Shown: positions 42,165 to 51,161, counted from the first letter of the stretch. The stretch: DNA of 64,000 nucleotides from a virus (IMGVR_UViG_3300035670_000049:1-64000), one strand, 5' to 3'. Notes: generated by a model from the letters alone, not told the origin. Numbers and translations are program-made.

Positions 42165-42208
42165 TTAAGAAACCTTAACTTGACAGAACGCACCACCTCT
42201 GTTAAGGT
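42165..42208 (+). promoter_or_regulatory. Sigma70-type promoter with abutting palindrome
   Basis: TTAAGAAACCTTAA-C-TTGACA-N17-TAAGGT. Confidence 0.65.
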
Positions 42209-42214
42209 ACATAT

Positions 42215-42607
42215 TGTCAGAGGGGCCAACACCCCAAAGATGCCGGTCTGATGGGATGGGTTGAGAAGCCTTCTTCCCCCAAGGAATTTTTCCTCATTCG
42301 AATGTGGAGAGCATTCTACCGGCAGGGAATTACTGAAACATTGGATAAGGTATTCTCAATTCTTTCGGCCTCACACTCTTAGCGAGAGAAAAACTATTGC
42401 AAGAGTTTTATCTTACTAAGAGAAAGGTTCTGGCCTTCGGGTAGTATTCTCGCATCTGACTCCCGCCCGGTAGGGATGACAGTGGAACGCTGAATATTAC
42501 AAGGAGAAGAAGAAAACCGTTCTTCTCTGCGGCCAGAGGCAGTCACTAACACGAAGATCGTGCCTGTCGAAACTCCCCTTAGTAGAAATGCTAGGGGGAG
42601 TTTTTTT
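42215..42607 (+). ncRNA. Candidate ~390-nt structured RNA
   Basis: Bounded by promoter and terminator; no ORF with SD; several long-range stems. Confidence 0.45.
42571..42607 (+). terminator. Rho-independent terminator
   Basis: AACTCCCC..TAG/CTA..GGGGAGTT then T-run. Confidence 0.85.
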
Positions 42608-42898
42608 ATTGCCCAAAAACCCTGTGGCGATTTTCTCCCAATTTTTCTGGTCTAGAGGGTATCTAAAAAACTGGAAAAATTAGTCCCGGTATTTATGTAC
42701 AGTAACAGGCTGCAAACCGGGTGTTAGCGTTTCACTTTTGTGTGAATATAGGGGGGGGCTAATTGAATCTGAGCTAATTGATTGTTTAGGGCCAGGGGAT
42801 GAAACAGAACAATTGAAAGTACAGAATTGAATCTGAAGAATACATGAAAGAGCCGATGACTTTCATCATCGGCTCTTGTTTGTTGTTGTTGATCTAAG

Positions 42899-43255
42899 TC
42901 ACCATTCGCCGCTCCGCTGAATCTCTGCAAAGAACATTCTAACCGCAGTGAGCATCTTATCAGCACGCGGGTCCGCGTAGTCAATCATTCGGTCGGCCAA
43001 TTCCATCAGGTCCATCATAAGGTCAATCTGGCGATTCGTGGGCCGGTAGCGCTGATGCAGCACAACATATCCCGGACCATACAGTGACAAGTGAATCCAC
43101 CCGCGCGCCTCTAGATCATTCGGGTCCTCGTGGATGACGAGATAGGCTACATCATGATGACCCATGCTGGGGACGTAGTGCTGGCGGCCAGCAGGATCGA
43201 TCCACGAATCGCACAGGGTCGGCTCTGAAAGAATCTCGCCCGGTTCGTGCTGCAT
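42899..43255 (-). CDS. Hypothetical protein, own promoter
   Basis: GGAG SD, GC-rich ORF. Confidence 0.75.
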   Translation of the reverse strand: MQHEPGEILSEPTLCDSWIDPAGRQHYVPSMGHHDVAYLVIHEDPNDLEARGWIHLSLYGPGYVVLHQRYRPTNRQIDLMMDLMELADRMIDYADPRADKMLTAVRMFFAEIQRSGEW

Positions 43256-43299
43256 CTCACTGCTCCTTGCTCTTGCTATCGCCTGTTGGCGATGCCAAG

Positions 43300-43348
43300 A
43301 GCATAATCGATTCGACTACCCTATGTCAACAAAGCTAAGGAATCTTAG
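43300..43348 (-). promoter_or_regulatory. Sigma70-type promoter with upstream palindrome
   Basis: CTAAGATTCCTTAG-N5-TTGACA-N18-TATGCT. Confidence 0.65.
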
Positions 43349-43636
43349 CTTTGCAAGGTTAGAGCGTTATTGCGTGAAAGCGCAATCGTTGCACATGCAA
43401 CTACCAGGATTGGGCCTTGCCTGTACATACCCTAAACAGAACGGAACATGGAGTATGGTATAACAGAACTGAACGGCAATCGAATTCCTGTACATACACT
43501 ATACACTATAGTACAGTACATCAGTACACATTCATGCGCCCATGAATCAATCTGCGTTCCATTGGCTCAAATCGCAATTATTAAGATTTCTTAATAAAGC
43601 TAAGATATCTTAATCCAGGTTCTCAATGCACATGGT

Positions 43637-43668
43637 GATAGGGCAGGGTTTCTGTGCCCTGCCCTATC
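43637..43668 (-). terminator. 12-bp perfect hairpin after ORF 43681-43956
   Basis: GATAGGGCAGGG/CCCTGCCCTATC, no U-tract. Confidence 0.5.
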
Positions 43669-43680
43669 CTCTAGACTTGA

Positions 43681-43956
43681 TTACCGATTGCTATCGATCA
43701 CCAGATCGACGTACTCGGTGTACGTCATGCCCTGCGGCAGCACGGGCCGGATTGCGCTGATCTGGGAGAAGAGATCGAGAGCCGCAGTGTACTCGCCACG
43801 CACGATCAATTGATCGTGGAGAAGGTTCGACATGTAGGAATCGACCTTCTCTTCCTTGGTTCCGTTCGACTCCCGAAACAGATCGACTGCCGTGGGGATC
43901 GAATCCACCAGAACCTCGGTGGGGGCGAGCATGAGCCAGAACTCATACCCGTTCAC
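43681..43956 (-). CDS. Hypothetical protein, own promoter
   Basis: GAAGGCAG SD-like, GTG start. Confidence 0.7.
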   Translation of the reverse strand: MNGYEFWLMLAPTEVLVDSIPTAVDLFRESNGTKEEKVDSYMSNLLHDQLIVRGEYTAALDLFSQISAIRPVLPQGMTYTEYVDLVIDSNR

Positions 43957-44026
43957 TTTTCTGCCTTCCTTCTCTTCCTTCGGGATCGGTCCCGATTGCC
44001 TATCAGATCATCGATCTGATGTGATC

Positions 44027-44055
44027 ACTATAGCGAGTAGCACGCTATCTGTCAA
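44027..44055 (-). promoter_or_regulatory. Strong sigma70-type promoter
   Basis: TTGACA-N17-TATAGT. Confidence 0.85.
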
Positions 44056-44458
44056 TAGTACCTTTGTCACAATCGAAAGTGACCTTTGGGGAAGCTCGGT
44101 GCAGAGCATAAACTCATACCAGCGCACTCATATATCCTAGCCAAAGTCTACTAATCTGGTAGACTTACCAAGGGATTGCGGGCATGGGCTAATCATATAC
44201 TATATCACTAGTATATAAACAGGAACAGGAATGAAATACTAATCTAAACAGTATTCGATTGTATATCCTATGCGCCCCATTCATAGTCGAGTATCCATTG
44301 GCTTGCGTGTCAATTCTGATCGCCGCTCCATTGGCTCAAAGCTAAGATTTCTTTATTTAGCTAAGATTTCTTTATCCAGGATTAGAACTGAACGGATATT
44401 CTAATTCAATTCGGTATCTTTATTCGCCAGCGAATTAGCAGGGACTAAGGGAATTAGA

Positions 44459-44839
44459 TTACTTGGACTTGGCGGGCTTCTCGGGCTCGGGCTCGATAAC
44501 CTCGGGCTCGGGCTCGGGATTCCGCAGGGCTTCCAACTCTGCCGCGATGCTATCCGCATCGAGTCCCTGCGCAGCGGTCCGTCCGCGCTTCCCCTCGGGA
44601 AGTGTGAGCGTCCCTGCATTCAGGTCGAGTGCGAATCCATCCGCCAGCGCATCGGACTTGTCAATGTTCTTGGACGGGATCGAGAGTTTATCCTTGCGGA
44701 TCACCTTGCCATCCGCATCGGTTTCGGTGGAGTAGAAAACTCCGCTGACCGTGTAGAGGCGCTCGGGATTCCGCTCGGCGGTCTTGCCCGTGGGGCGGGT
44801 GACTCGCATCCGCTCCACCAGATAGGTGACTAGTGCCAT
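44459..44839 (-). CDS. Early protein with GKRGR motif, paralog A
   Basis: GGGAG SD; clear similarity to 45354-45647. Confidence 0.8.
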   Translation of the reverse strand: MALVTYLVERMRVTRPTGKTAERNPERLYTVSGVFYSTETDADGKVIRKDKLSIPSKNIDKSDALADGFALDLNAGTLTLPEGKRGRTAAQGLDADSIAAELEALRNPEPEPEVIEPEPEKPAKSK

Positions 44840-45353
44840 TGTAGGCTCCCTTCGGCTAGTCCCCTAGTCCCTGCTATTCACTTGGTAAGGTGCTGGCCGG
44901 TGGTTCCATGTCCATCCGACATACAGAACTATATCCTCCGCGTAAAAAACTCGATAGAGCCATAGGTCCCAAAACTTTGTGACCTTTGGCCCTTGACAAG
45001 CGACGAGCTTTGTGCTAGGGGGGCCAGGTTGCGTGGTTGCGCAAGTACGCAATTGTTGCATGCGCAGCTAACTACCCCCACCCTCCATTGGCTTCCCTCC
45101 CCCATGTGGATATATAAGTGAATCAGTATACTTATATAGAACTGGATGTAATATGAAATCCAATAGTATAACAGTAACTGGATTGAAATTCAAATTCGAT
45201 TATAGAACACATCAAATTATGTAATGCGTAACATAAATGATACGTACTCCATTGGCTCAACATTAAGAACAGGTTAAGAATTCTTAATCAAATATTAATA
45301 TATAAGTGAATTAGTAATGTTAAGAGGAGAAGCGAGAGTTTAAGTTAGAGAAT

Positions 45354-45647
45354 TTACTCCTTGCGCAAAGAATTCAATTCCTTTGCGATATCGTCTGCGG
45401 TTAGGCTAGCCATTGCGGTTCGGCCCCGCTTACCTTCAGTAAGAGTAAGAATACCCTTATTGATATCGATAACCGTAGCCTTATCGCGTGCTTCATCGAA
45501 AGTAATTACCTTCGATGTGATGCTAAGCGGCTGCCCCTTATCGTTAGCAAAGACCCCGAAGATTGTGCAAAACCTATCGGGATGCTTTTCGGCCATCTTG
45601 TCGGATGGCTTAACGACGCGCATCTTGGCGATATGGTAGGTCGGCAT
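45354..45647 (-). CDS. Early protein with GKRGR motif, paralog B
   Basis: GGAGGTGA SD before ATG 45647. Confidence 0.8.
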   Translation of the reverse strand: MPTYHIAKMRVVKPSDKMAEKHPDRFCTIFGVFANDKGQPLSITSKVITFDEARDKATVIDINKGILTLTEGKRGRTAMASLTADDIAKELNSLRKE

Positions 45648-45765
45648 ATTTATCACCTCCTTTCATCACAGGTCATGTCCTGTGTTAGTCAGACGGTGTA
45701 AATTCTCGCCTCTCGCTCTCGCTTCTCTTCTCTTATCTCACCGCCTCCTTGCCGGTGGCAAAGCC

Positions 45766-45813
45766 ACTATACAACCTGAAGAGTCAATTGTCAAGCATGT
45801 TAAGGTTTCTTAA
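45766..45813 (-). promoter_or_regulatory. Strong sigma70-type promoter with upstream palindrome
   Basis: TTAAGAAACCTTAA-N5-TTGACA-N17-TATAGT. Confidence 0.85.
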
Positions 45814-46205
45814 CCTAGGCTAGTTTAGCTCAGGTTAAATTGTGCGAGCAATTACCCTCATCAATGCCACAGCTATATAGGTACTGATAATCAAATACAT
45901 ACTATTCCCTGGCCCGCTATGTAACTGGAACCCAAATGAAATTCAATACCTATATATTGTCCGTTGTATATCTAGGTATCGTACCAGATAATGTCGCCAC
46001 TCCATTGGCTGCACGCCCAGATCAGGATATTGCCTCTATTGGCTCAAATATAATTGAAAACATTTTTTAATTGTAAATACGCCCCTGATTTGAGCGTCAC
46101 TCCATTGGCTTGGGCAATAAAAGTGTCAATTCCCTATATATGGCGATATAAATATTAATAAAAAACTCGCTATGTAACAAGCTTCCTGATGAAATTCGAT
46201 GCCAT

Positions 46206-46255
46206 AAAATAAAGGGGCTAAACTCCTAATATATCTAGGAATTTAACCCCATTTT
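46206..46255 (-). terminator. Terminator closing early operon
   Basis: GGGGTTAAATTCCTA/TAGGAGTTTAGCCCC then TTTATTTT. Confidence 0.7.
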
Positions 46256-46382
46256 GTGCTCAATACCTATGTATTTATGAGTGTATACCTAGGTAACTTG
46301 GCCTTTTTTATGCTTGGCAGTTGTTCTTAAAGATCAATTACTTCTATCTATCCCTATATATAGATTATATGTATTTATTATA

Positions 46383-46463
46383 TTATCTACTTGCGCCCGA
46401 ACTTTCGTCAGATACAAACATTACAATGATTACTAGAATTGCCAAGAATATCAACCACTCCAT
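46383..46463 (-). CDS. 26-aa single-TM peptide, not in track
   Basis: MEWLIFLAILVIIVMFVSDESSGASR; GGGGGTG SD. Confidence 0.6.
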   Translation of the reverse strand: MEWLIFLAILVIIVMFVSDESSGASR

Positions 46464-46517
46464 CTGATGCACCCCCTTCTAGAAACTGCTATCTATCATC
46501 CCGACTGTGCGGTATCA

Positions 46518-46547
46518 AGTATAGCATATCAGATGGAGTAGGTTCAA
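46518..46547 (-). promoter_or_regulatory. TTGAACCTA-class promoter
   Basis: TTGAAC-N18-TATACT with TG. Confidence 0.7.
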
Positions 46548-46551
46548 CTCG

Positions 46552-46830
46552 CTACTGTTCTGCCTTAATAGTAAAGAGGAGACTTCCCATCATTGTTTTG
46601 ATTTGACTTTTAATCTCTTCATGCGGCCAACCGTAGTATTCATAAAGAGCCACGATTTGCTCAGGATAGATCAGATATAAATACGGAAGCTCTGGACTTC
46701 CCTTATTGATCATCTTATCAAGGAAGCGTAGCACCCAACAATTAGTCCACTCATATTGGGTGCCGCCTCTGTCTGCAAGAATAGCCCCAATGTTAACTGT
46801 ATCATACTTATTCATCATTATAGATTCCAT
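46552..46830 (-). CDS. Hypothetical protein
   Basis: Coupled early-gene chain. Confidence 0.7.
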   Translation of the reverse strand: MESIMMNKYDTVNIGAILADRGGTQYEWTNCWVLRFLDKMINKGSPELPYLYLIYPEQIVALYEYYGWPHEEIKSQIKTMMGSLLFTIKAEQ

Positions 46831-47222
46831 CCATTTTCTTTTGCGGCCAGGAATTGTTCCTTGGTAATAGGTGTCATATCATATACATGAGTATCACCTA
46901 GTTCACCCTCTGGAACAACTACTGAATAAGCCCTACCAAAGCGATATCCATTATCATAATTGGCTTTGGCATCCTCCTTCTCCCACTCAAGTTCACCACT
47001 ATCAATATCCTCGTATACTGGATCAGAATAGATTTCTTCTTGGGTCATAATGTAGCCAAAGATTTGAATAATCTCACCGTATCCAGTATCCCATTCTCGC
47101 ATCCAATAATCACCATATGTCAATGCCTTCTGCTCTGGAGATGCGAGTTGATTAGCCCTTTCTGTGCCCCTACGAATAGCAGCAAACATTTCATCCACGT
47201 CATCAAAAGGAATAAATGTCAT
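46818..47222 (-). CDS. Hypothetical protein
   Basis: GAGG SD, coupled. Confidence 0.75.
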   Translation of the reverse strand: MTFIPFDDVDEMFAAIRRGTERANQLASPEQKALTYGDYWMREWDTGYGEIIQIFGYIMTQEEIYSDPVYEDIDSGELEWEKEDAKANYDNGYRFGRAYSVVVPEGELGDTHVYDMTPITKEQFLAAKENGWNL

Positions 47223-47536
47223 GATAGTTCCTCCTTATTCCAATCCATCCATTCTGATTCTAATTTGGCCCAATTATCTCTTGCTTCTCTAAGAGAATTA
47301 TATGGTGTTACAACAAAGAATCCATACTCAGTCTCTACACAGATATAAACAGGATACTGACATACTGTTTTCTCTAGTGGTGTAAAAGTATCTGATTCAA
47401 TATAACACCAATATCCAAATCCTGTGCCTGAGTCTCCTAGTTCTGGATGTGAGGCATCAAGGAAATGATCATAAAGAATCTCACTCTCTTCAAGAGAATC
47501 ATTCATTTCAAATTTGCCGGGACCGGGTTTAGTCAT
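47219..47536 (-). CDS. Acidic hypothetical protein
   Basis: GTGGTGA SD, ATGA overlap. Confidence 0.75.
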   Translation of the reverse strand: MTKPGPGKFEMNDSLEESEILYDHFLDASHPELGDSGTGFGYWCYIESDTFTPLEKTVCQYPVYICVETEYGFFVVTPYNSLREARDNWAKLESEWMDWNKEELS

Positions 47537-47540
47537 TTGA

Positions 47541-47675
47541 TCACCACGAAATCATTTCTGTCTCATTAGTGATAATGTCATAGTCACTATCATCATAGTC
47601 ACTATCATCATCATTAAATAGTGGCTCTAACTCTAATTCATGATAAGTCATATCCATAACATTATCATCTTCCAT
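47541..47675 (-). CDS. 44-aa very acidic microprotein, not in track
   Basis: TAATG overlap with upstream stop; 17 D/E, no K/R. Confidence 0.6.
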   Translation of the reverse strand: MEDDNVMDMTYHELELEPLFNDDDSDYDDSDYDIITNETEMISW

Positions 47676-48190
47676 TACTTTGCGTCCCTCTCAAAATCAA
47701 GTTGTACCTGATAATATGCTTGCTCGCATACTTCTACATAGTCAGAATCAAAACATGTGACATTAGCCTTTTGGCCAGCATTATCGAGATAAATAGCAAA
47801 GATCAATGCATCTTTACTTGTGGAATTAGGCTTCTCTAGCCAATATTCCTCACAATATGGATACACATGCCCTTCTACTGAGAAATCATGATAATGATTG
47901 AGAACCAACCGCTTCTTAGGATTATCGTAAGAATCAACAAATGGATTAGTAGGCTCATCCTTCCAAATCTTATTGAATGCGTGGATAAATCGTAGCCACT
48001 CGATATCAGCAATTACCTTTGGATCATTCGTGTGATCCTCATGACAAAGACCATCACTATTATCATCAAGGTAATTGACTTCCCACAGTCTACGTGGATT
48101 GCCCTTGCTATTGGACATGCAATGGGGCTTACGGTTGTCCATGTCCTTGGACCAAGCAACGTACTTTACCCTACTCATTTTACGGCTCAT
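47675..48190 (-). CDS. Hypothetical protein
   Basis: Coupled ORF. Confidence 0.7.
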   Translation of the reverse strand: MSRKMSRVKYVAWSKDMDNRKPHCMSNSKGNPRRLWEVNYLDDNSDGLCHEDHTNDPKVIADIEWLRFIHAFNKIWKDEPTNPFVDSYDNPKKRLVLNHYHDFSVEGHVYPYCEEYWLEKPNSTSKDALIFAIYLDNAGQKANVTCFDSDYVEVCEQAYYQVQLDFERDAK

Positions 48191-48470
48191 CCATATAATC
48201 AGGTAGATTTCGTGTTAGACAGTTATCACAAGGACGATCAGCATCACTACAATCATGTGTTACATGAATTGGTGCATTCTCATCCTCCCCACATAGGCCA
48301 CAAGTATCTCGATGCAAAGCAGGAGAATAATAAGGATCATACTCATGCTGCAACATAATATCCCAACAAGGATTACAGAATGTATGATCCTTATCTACTG
48401 ATGTTAGAATATTACCACATCTATGGCAACGTCCTCCCCTTGCGGCCTTCATTTCATCTAGTGTTCTCAT
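48180..48470 (-). CDS. Cys/His-rich hypothetical protein
   Basis: Multiple CxxC, ATGA overlap. Confidence 0.7.
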   Translation of the reverse strand: MRTLDEMKAARGGRCHRCGNILTSVDKDHTFCNPCWDIMLQHEYDPYYSPALHRDTCGLCGEDENAPIHVTHDCSDADRPCDNCLTRNLPDYMDEP

Positions 48471-48946
48471 TCATCATACCCCATGATATAACCGTAGAGA
48501 ATATCTGCTACATTTCCACGATTGGTTGCAATAAAATCCATTGAGTCATAATCAATATTATATTGTACTGATCCAGTAAATCCCATTCCAGGTTCTGCAT
48601 AAATCAATGAGAATCCAAGATATGGGTATTGTTCAGCAATTCTTTTAATTGCTTCCTCGGGTGGAGCCCAAGCACTCTCAAACTTGATAATAATATTAGA
48701 GTTTTCTACTTCCCAATTAGGATTACAAAGTTCAGCATTGATATCCCACTTTGTGCCCCAGTTTTTTACACACCAATCATAATCCCATTCTCCACCCTCG
48801 TAAGGAATAAGAGACTTCAAACTAAGGACACTAGGCTTCTCGTCATACTCTACATCATCCTCTTTAGAATGTGCATCCTCAAGAAACCCCTTCTTCTGTT
48901 TTACTGAGCCAGCAATTTCAAGTAGATTTGCACACCAATTAGGCAT
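48467..48946 (-). CDS. DUF1281/YubB ferredoxin-like domain protein
   Basis: MPNWC start, NWGTKW, FESAWAPP, YAEPG. Confidence 0.8.
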   Translation of the reverse strand: MPNWCANLLEIAGSVKQKKGFLEDAHSKEDDVEYDEKPSVLSLKSLIPYEGGEWDYDWCVKNWGTKWDINAELCNPNWEVENSNIIIKFESAWAPPEEAIKRIAEQYPYLGFSLIYAEPGMGFTGSVQYNIDYDSMDFIATNRGNVADILYGYIMGYDE

Positions 48947-48961
48947 TGTAACTTCCTCAAT

Positions 48962-49156
48962 TCAACTTAAAAACGGATTAAAAGCTGGAATGGTTTCATC
49001 ATCATCGACACATGGAGCATAAAGAGTAGCAATCCAACTATCCCCATCATGGAATAGTCTCATATCTTCATCAGCAGCATCAAAATCATCAAACGGACCC
49101 TCAAAGATGAATCCATCTGATAGATTACCTCTAACTAAAACATATTTCTCATTCAT
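48962..49156 (-). CDS. Hypothetical protein
   Basis: Coupled ORF. Confidence 0.7.
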   Translation of the reverse strand: MNEKYVLVRGNLSDGFIFEGPFDDFDAADEDMRLFHDGDSWIATLYAPCVDDDETIPAFNPFLS

Positions 49157-49386
49157 TTGGTTTTAACCTTCACAATACGTTCATGCTTGAATACCCAAGG
49201 CATAATCATATTATCATATGCCCGACAGAATGGATACATGTACTTATAATGCCAATCCTTATTGACCCAATACATCCACTCATGAACCCAAAAGAACCAC
49301 TGTTCAATCAACCATACAAGGATAGGTGAACTTCGTACCTCGATATCACCTAAACTATGTTCAATTACTGTATACTTATGAAACAT
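49153..49386 (-). CDS. Hypothetical protein
   Basis: Coupled ORF. Confidence 0.65.
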   Translation of the reverse strand: MFHKYTVIEHSLGDIEVRSSPILVWLIEQWFFWVHEWMYWVNKDWHYKYMYPFCRAYDNMIMPWVFKHERIVKVKTK

Positions 49387-49598
49387 TATAGCGCCCGATC
49401 CTCAAATCCCTCATTATAGTGATTAACAACAAACTCCATTTGCTCACTTTCAGTAGCGAATGTTACATCAGTTACAGTATCTACCCACTCTTCTTTCTGA
49501 TTGATAAACTTTACATACACATCTTCAAGTGTTTCAATATCATGCATAACATCAACTTTACCGTTGTGGTCAAGAGTAATAGTAATTGTAGCATTCAT
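49386..49598 (-). CDS. Hypothetical protein (start MNATIT)
   Basis: Track ORF trimmed to remove overlap. Confidence 0.6.
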   Translation of the reverse strand: MNATITITLDHNGKVDVMHDIETLEDVYVKFINQKEEWVDTVTDVTFATESEQMEFVVNHYNEGFEDRAL

Positions 49599-49599
49599 T

Positions 49600-50031
49600 T
49601 TACTCTTCTCCAATATTTGTTGCTGTCGGTATATAACCTTGCCAGTCTGGAAAGAATCCAAACTCGGGTAGACCGGGAAGATTGCCCCAATCCTGAATGG
49701 TATCAAACATATCAGATGGACTATCTCCCCAACTATCTCCACCTGTAATTAGTACATCATACTTACCGATATTAATCATATAACAATGACGATCATAGTT
49801 ACCATCAGCGACTGATCGAATATCATCGTGACAACAAAGCAAACGATGCTTCAATTCTTCAAGAGCCGAACAATCATCGTCATCACTATGAATCATTTGC
49901 ATATACTCAAACTCAGGATGATCTTTAAGTTGTTCCTCTGTTAGATTCTCAATGTATGCTCTTGCAGCATCCCAATCAGGACGCTTATCTTTAGCCCACC
50001 AAACAAAGTTTAGAAGTAGATCATTACCCAT
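49600..50031 (-). CDS. Acidic hypothetical protein
   Basis: Coupled ORF. Confidence 0.75.
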   Translation of the reverse strand: MGNDLLLNFVWWAKDKRPDWDAARAYIENLTEEQLKDHPEFEYMQMIHSDDDDCSALEELKHRLLCCHDDIRSVADGNYDRHCYMINIGKYDVLITGGDSWGDSPSDMFDTIQDWGNLPGLPEFGFFPDWQGYIPTATNIGEE

Positions 50032-50204
50032 TATGTTAGGACCCTCGCAACTACCTTATCATTACATAGAAGTCGCTTCTTATACCCATTACCTACATTT
50101 AGAGCATTGAAGTATAAAATAGCTTGGACTTTATTAGTAAATGACCATCGAGTTTTATATGCTGATTTATAACGTCCAATCTGAACTTTATATAAATCAT
50201 CCAT
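50031..50204 (-). CDS. Hypothetical protein (start MDDLYKV)
   Basis: ATG overlaps the orphan gene-end copy at 50197-50247. Confidence 0.7.
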   Translation of the reverse strand: MDDLYKVQIGRYKSAYKTRWSFTNKVQAILYFNALNVGNGYKKRLLCNDKVVARVLT

Positions 50205-50250
50205 AAACAACTTCACCTAGCACAATCTTCTGAATGATTACATCTGCCAT
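50197..50250 (-). other. Orphan copy of gene 51555-51974 C-terminus (possible 17-aa minigene)
   Basis: Encodes (M)ADVIIQKIVLGEVVYG-stop. Confidence 0.85.
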
Positions 50251-50321
50251 AGCCCATATCCTTTCTATATTGTAGATTATGATACCGGGGGATGGTCATA
50301 ATCTATTTAGGAGGTATTAAA

Positions 50322-51041
50322 ATGTTTAAATATTCAGGAAACAAACAAAGGTTATTGCATCTACTACGCCAACCACCTAAAGGTCCGATCATAGAGCCTT
50401 TTGCTGGAAGCGCAAGGTACAGTTTGAATTACGATTTAGATGCTATTTTATTTGAAAAAAACAAAGACGTATACGATTTATGGGACTGGTTAATAAACGA
50501 TGCTACTAAGAAAGATTTACTTGAATTAGAAAAAATGAAGCAACCGGAAAAGGTGGATATTCGATTGCTTAACCTTCCAAAACCGCAGGAAACTCTATTT
50601 AGGTTGACGTGCGCAAGCGTTTACGTAGGTCAGTTATCCTCATGGATTTCGTACCCTCAACATAAAGTAGATTTTTCTAGATTGATTAGTTATTTACCCC
50701 AAATAAAATATCGATTTACTTTAGGAGGCACAGATTACTTACAATCAGCAGGATTGCAAGGAACGTACTTTATTGATCCGCCTTATATGGGCACAAGTGG
50801 AAATTATATAGATGGAAGCAATAAAAAAGAATTAAATAGCGTAAACTTAAATACTTTTACAGAGTATATAAATAGTGTTGACTCTCCTATTATATTTACG
50901 TATGGCACGGATGCTCAGGAAGTTTTTCCGCAATATCAATGGGAATTAGTTTTGATGAGGCGCGTCCCTAAAATTAGAACCGGAGGTACTGCGAATAGGA
51001 TCGATTATGTCTTTTATAAGAATTTTTCTATACATGGTTAA
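50322..51041 (+). CDS. DNA adenine methyltransferase (Dam/D12-like)
   Basis: YSGNK, EPFAGS, DPPY; GGAGG SD before ATG 50322. Confidence 0.88.
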   Translation: MFKYSGNKQRLLHLLRQPPKGPIIEPFAGSARYSLNYDLDAILFEKNKDVYDLWDWLINDATKKDLLELEKMKQPEKVDIRLLNLPKPQETLFRLTCASVYVGQLSSWISYPQHKVDFSRLISYLPQIKYRFTLGGTDYLQSAGLQGTYFIDPPYMGTSGNYIDGSNKKELNSVNLNTFTEYINSVDSPIIFTYGTDAQEVFPQYQWELVLMRRVPKIRTGGTANRIDYVFYKNFSIHG

Positions 51042-51140
51042 ATCAGAAATTTCCTCAAAATCTTCGTCTGTTTCAATAATAAAGCAGCCGTCGATAGATG
51101 AAAATGTTTCTCCATCATTAAGAACAACGTATTGTTTCAT
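50946..51140 (-). CDS. Small hypothetical protein
   Basis: GGAG SD before MKQYVV; overlaps methylase end. Confidence 0.5.
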   Translation of the reverse strand: MKQYVVLNDGETFSSIDGCFIIETDEDFEEISDLTMYRKILIKDIIDPIRSTSGSNFRDAPHQN

Positions 51141-51161
51141 TTTACTCCTCGGAGGTAAATA

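Larger units (their letters stand above)
43559..46110. repeat. Dispersed CCATTGGCT repeats (7 exact, 1 near)
   Basis: 43559, 44295, 44328, 45085, 45249, 46002, 46102; CTATTGGCT at 46036. Confidence 0.85.

Noticed and set aside
42215-42607. tmRNA or RNase P RNA
   Set aside because: No tRNA-Ala-like ends or CCA; no GAGGAAAGUCC or other P4 signature
43559-46110. Eukaryotic CCAAT boxes (AGCCAATGG on minus strand)
   Set aside because: All surrounding signals are bacterial (SD, -35/-10, CCA-encoded tRNAs)
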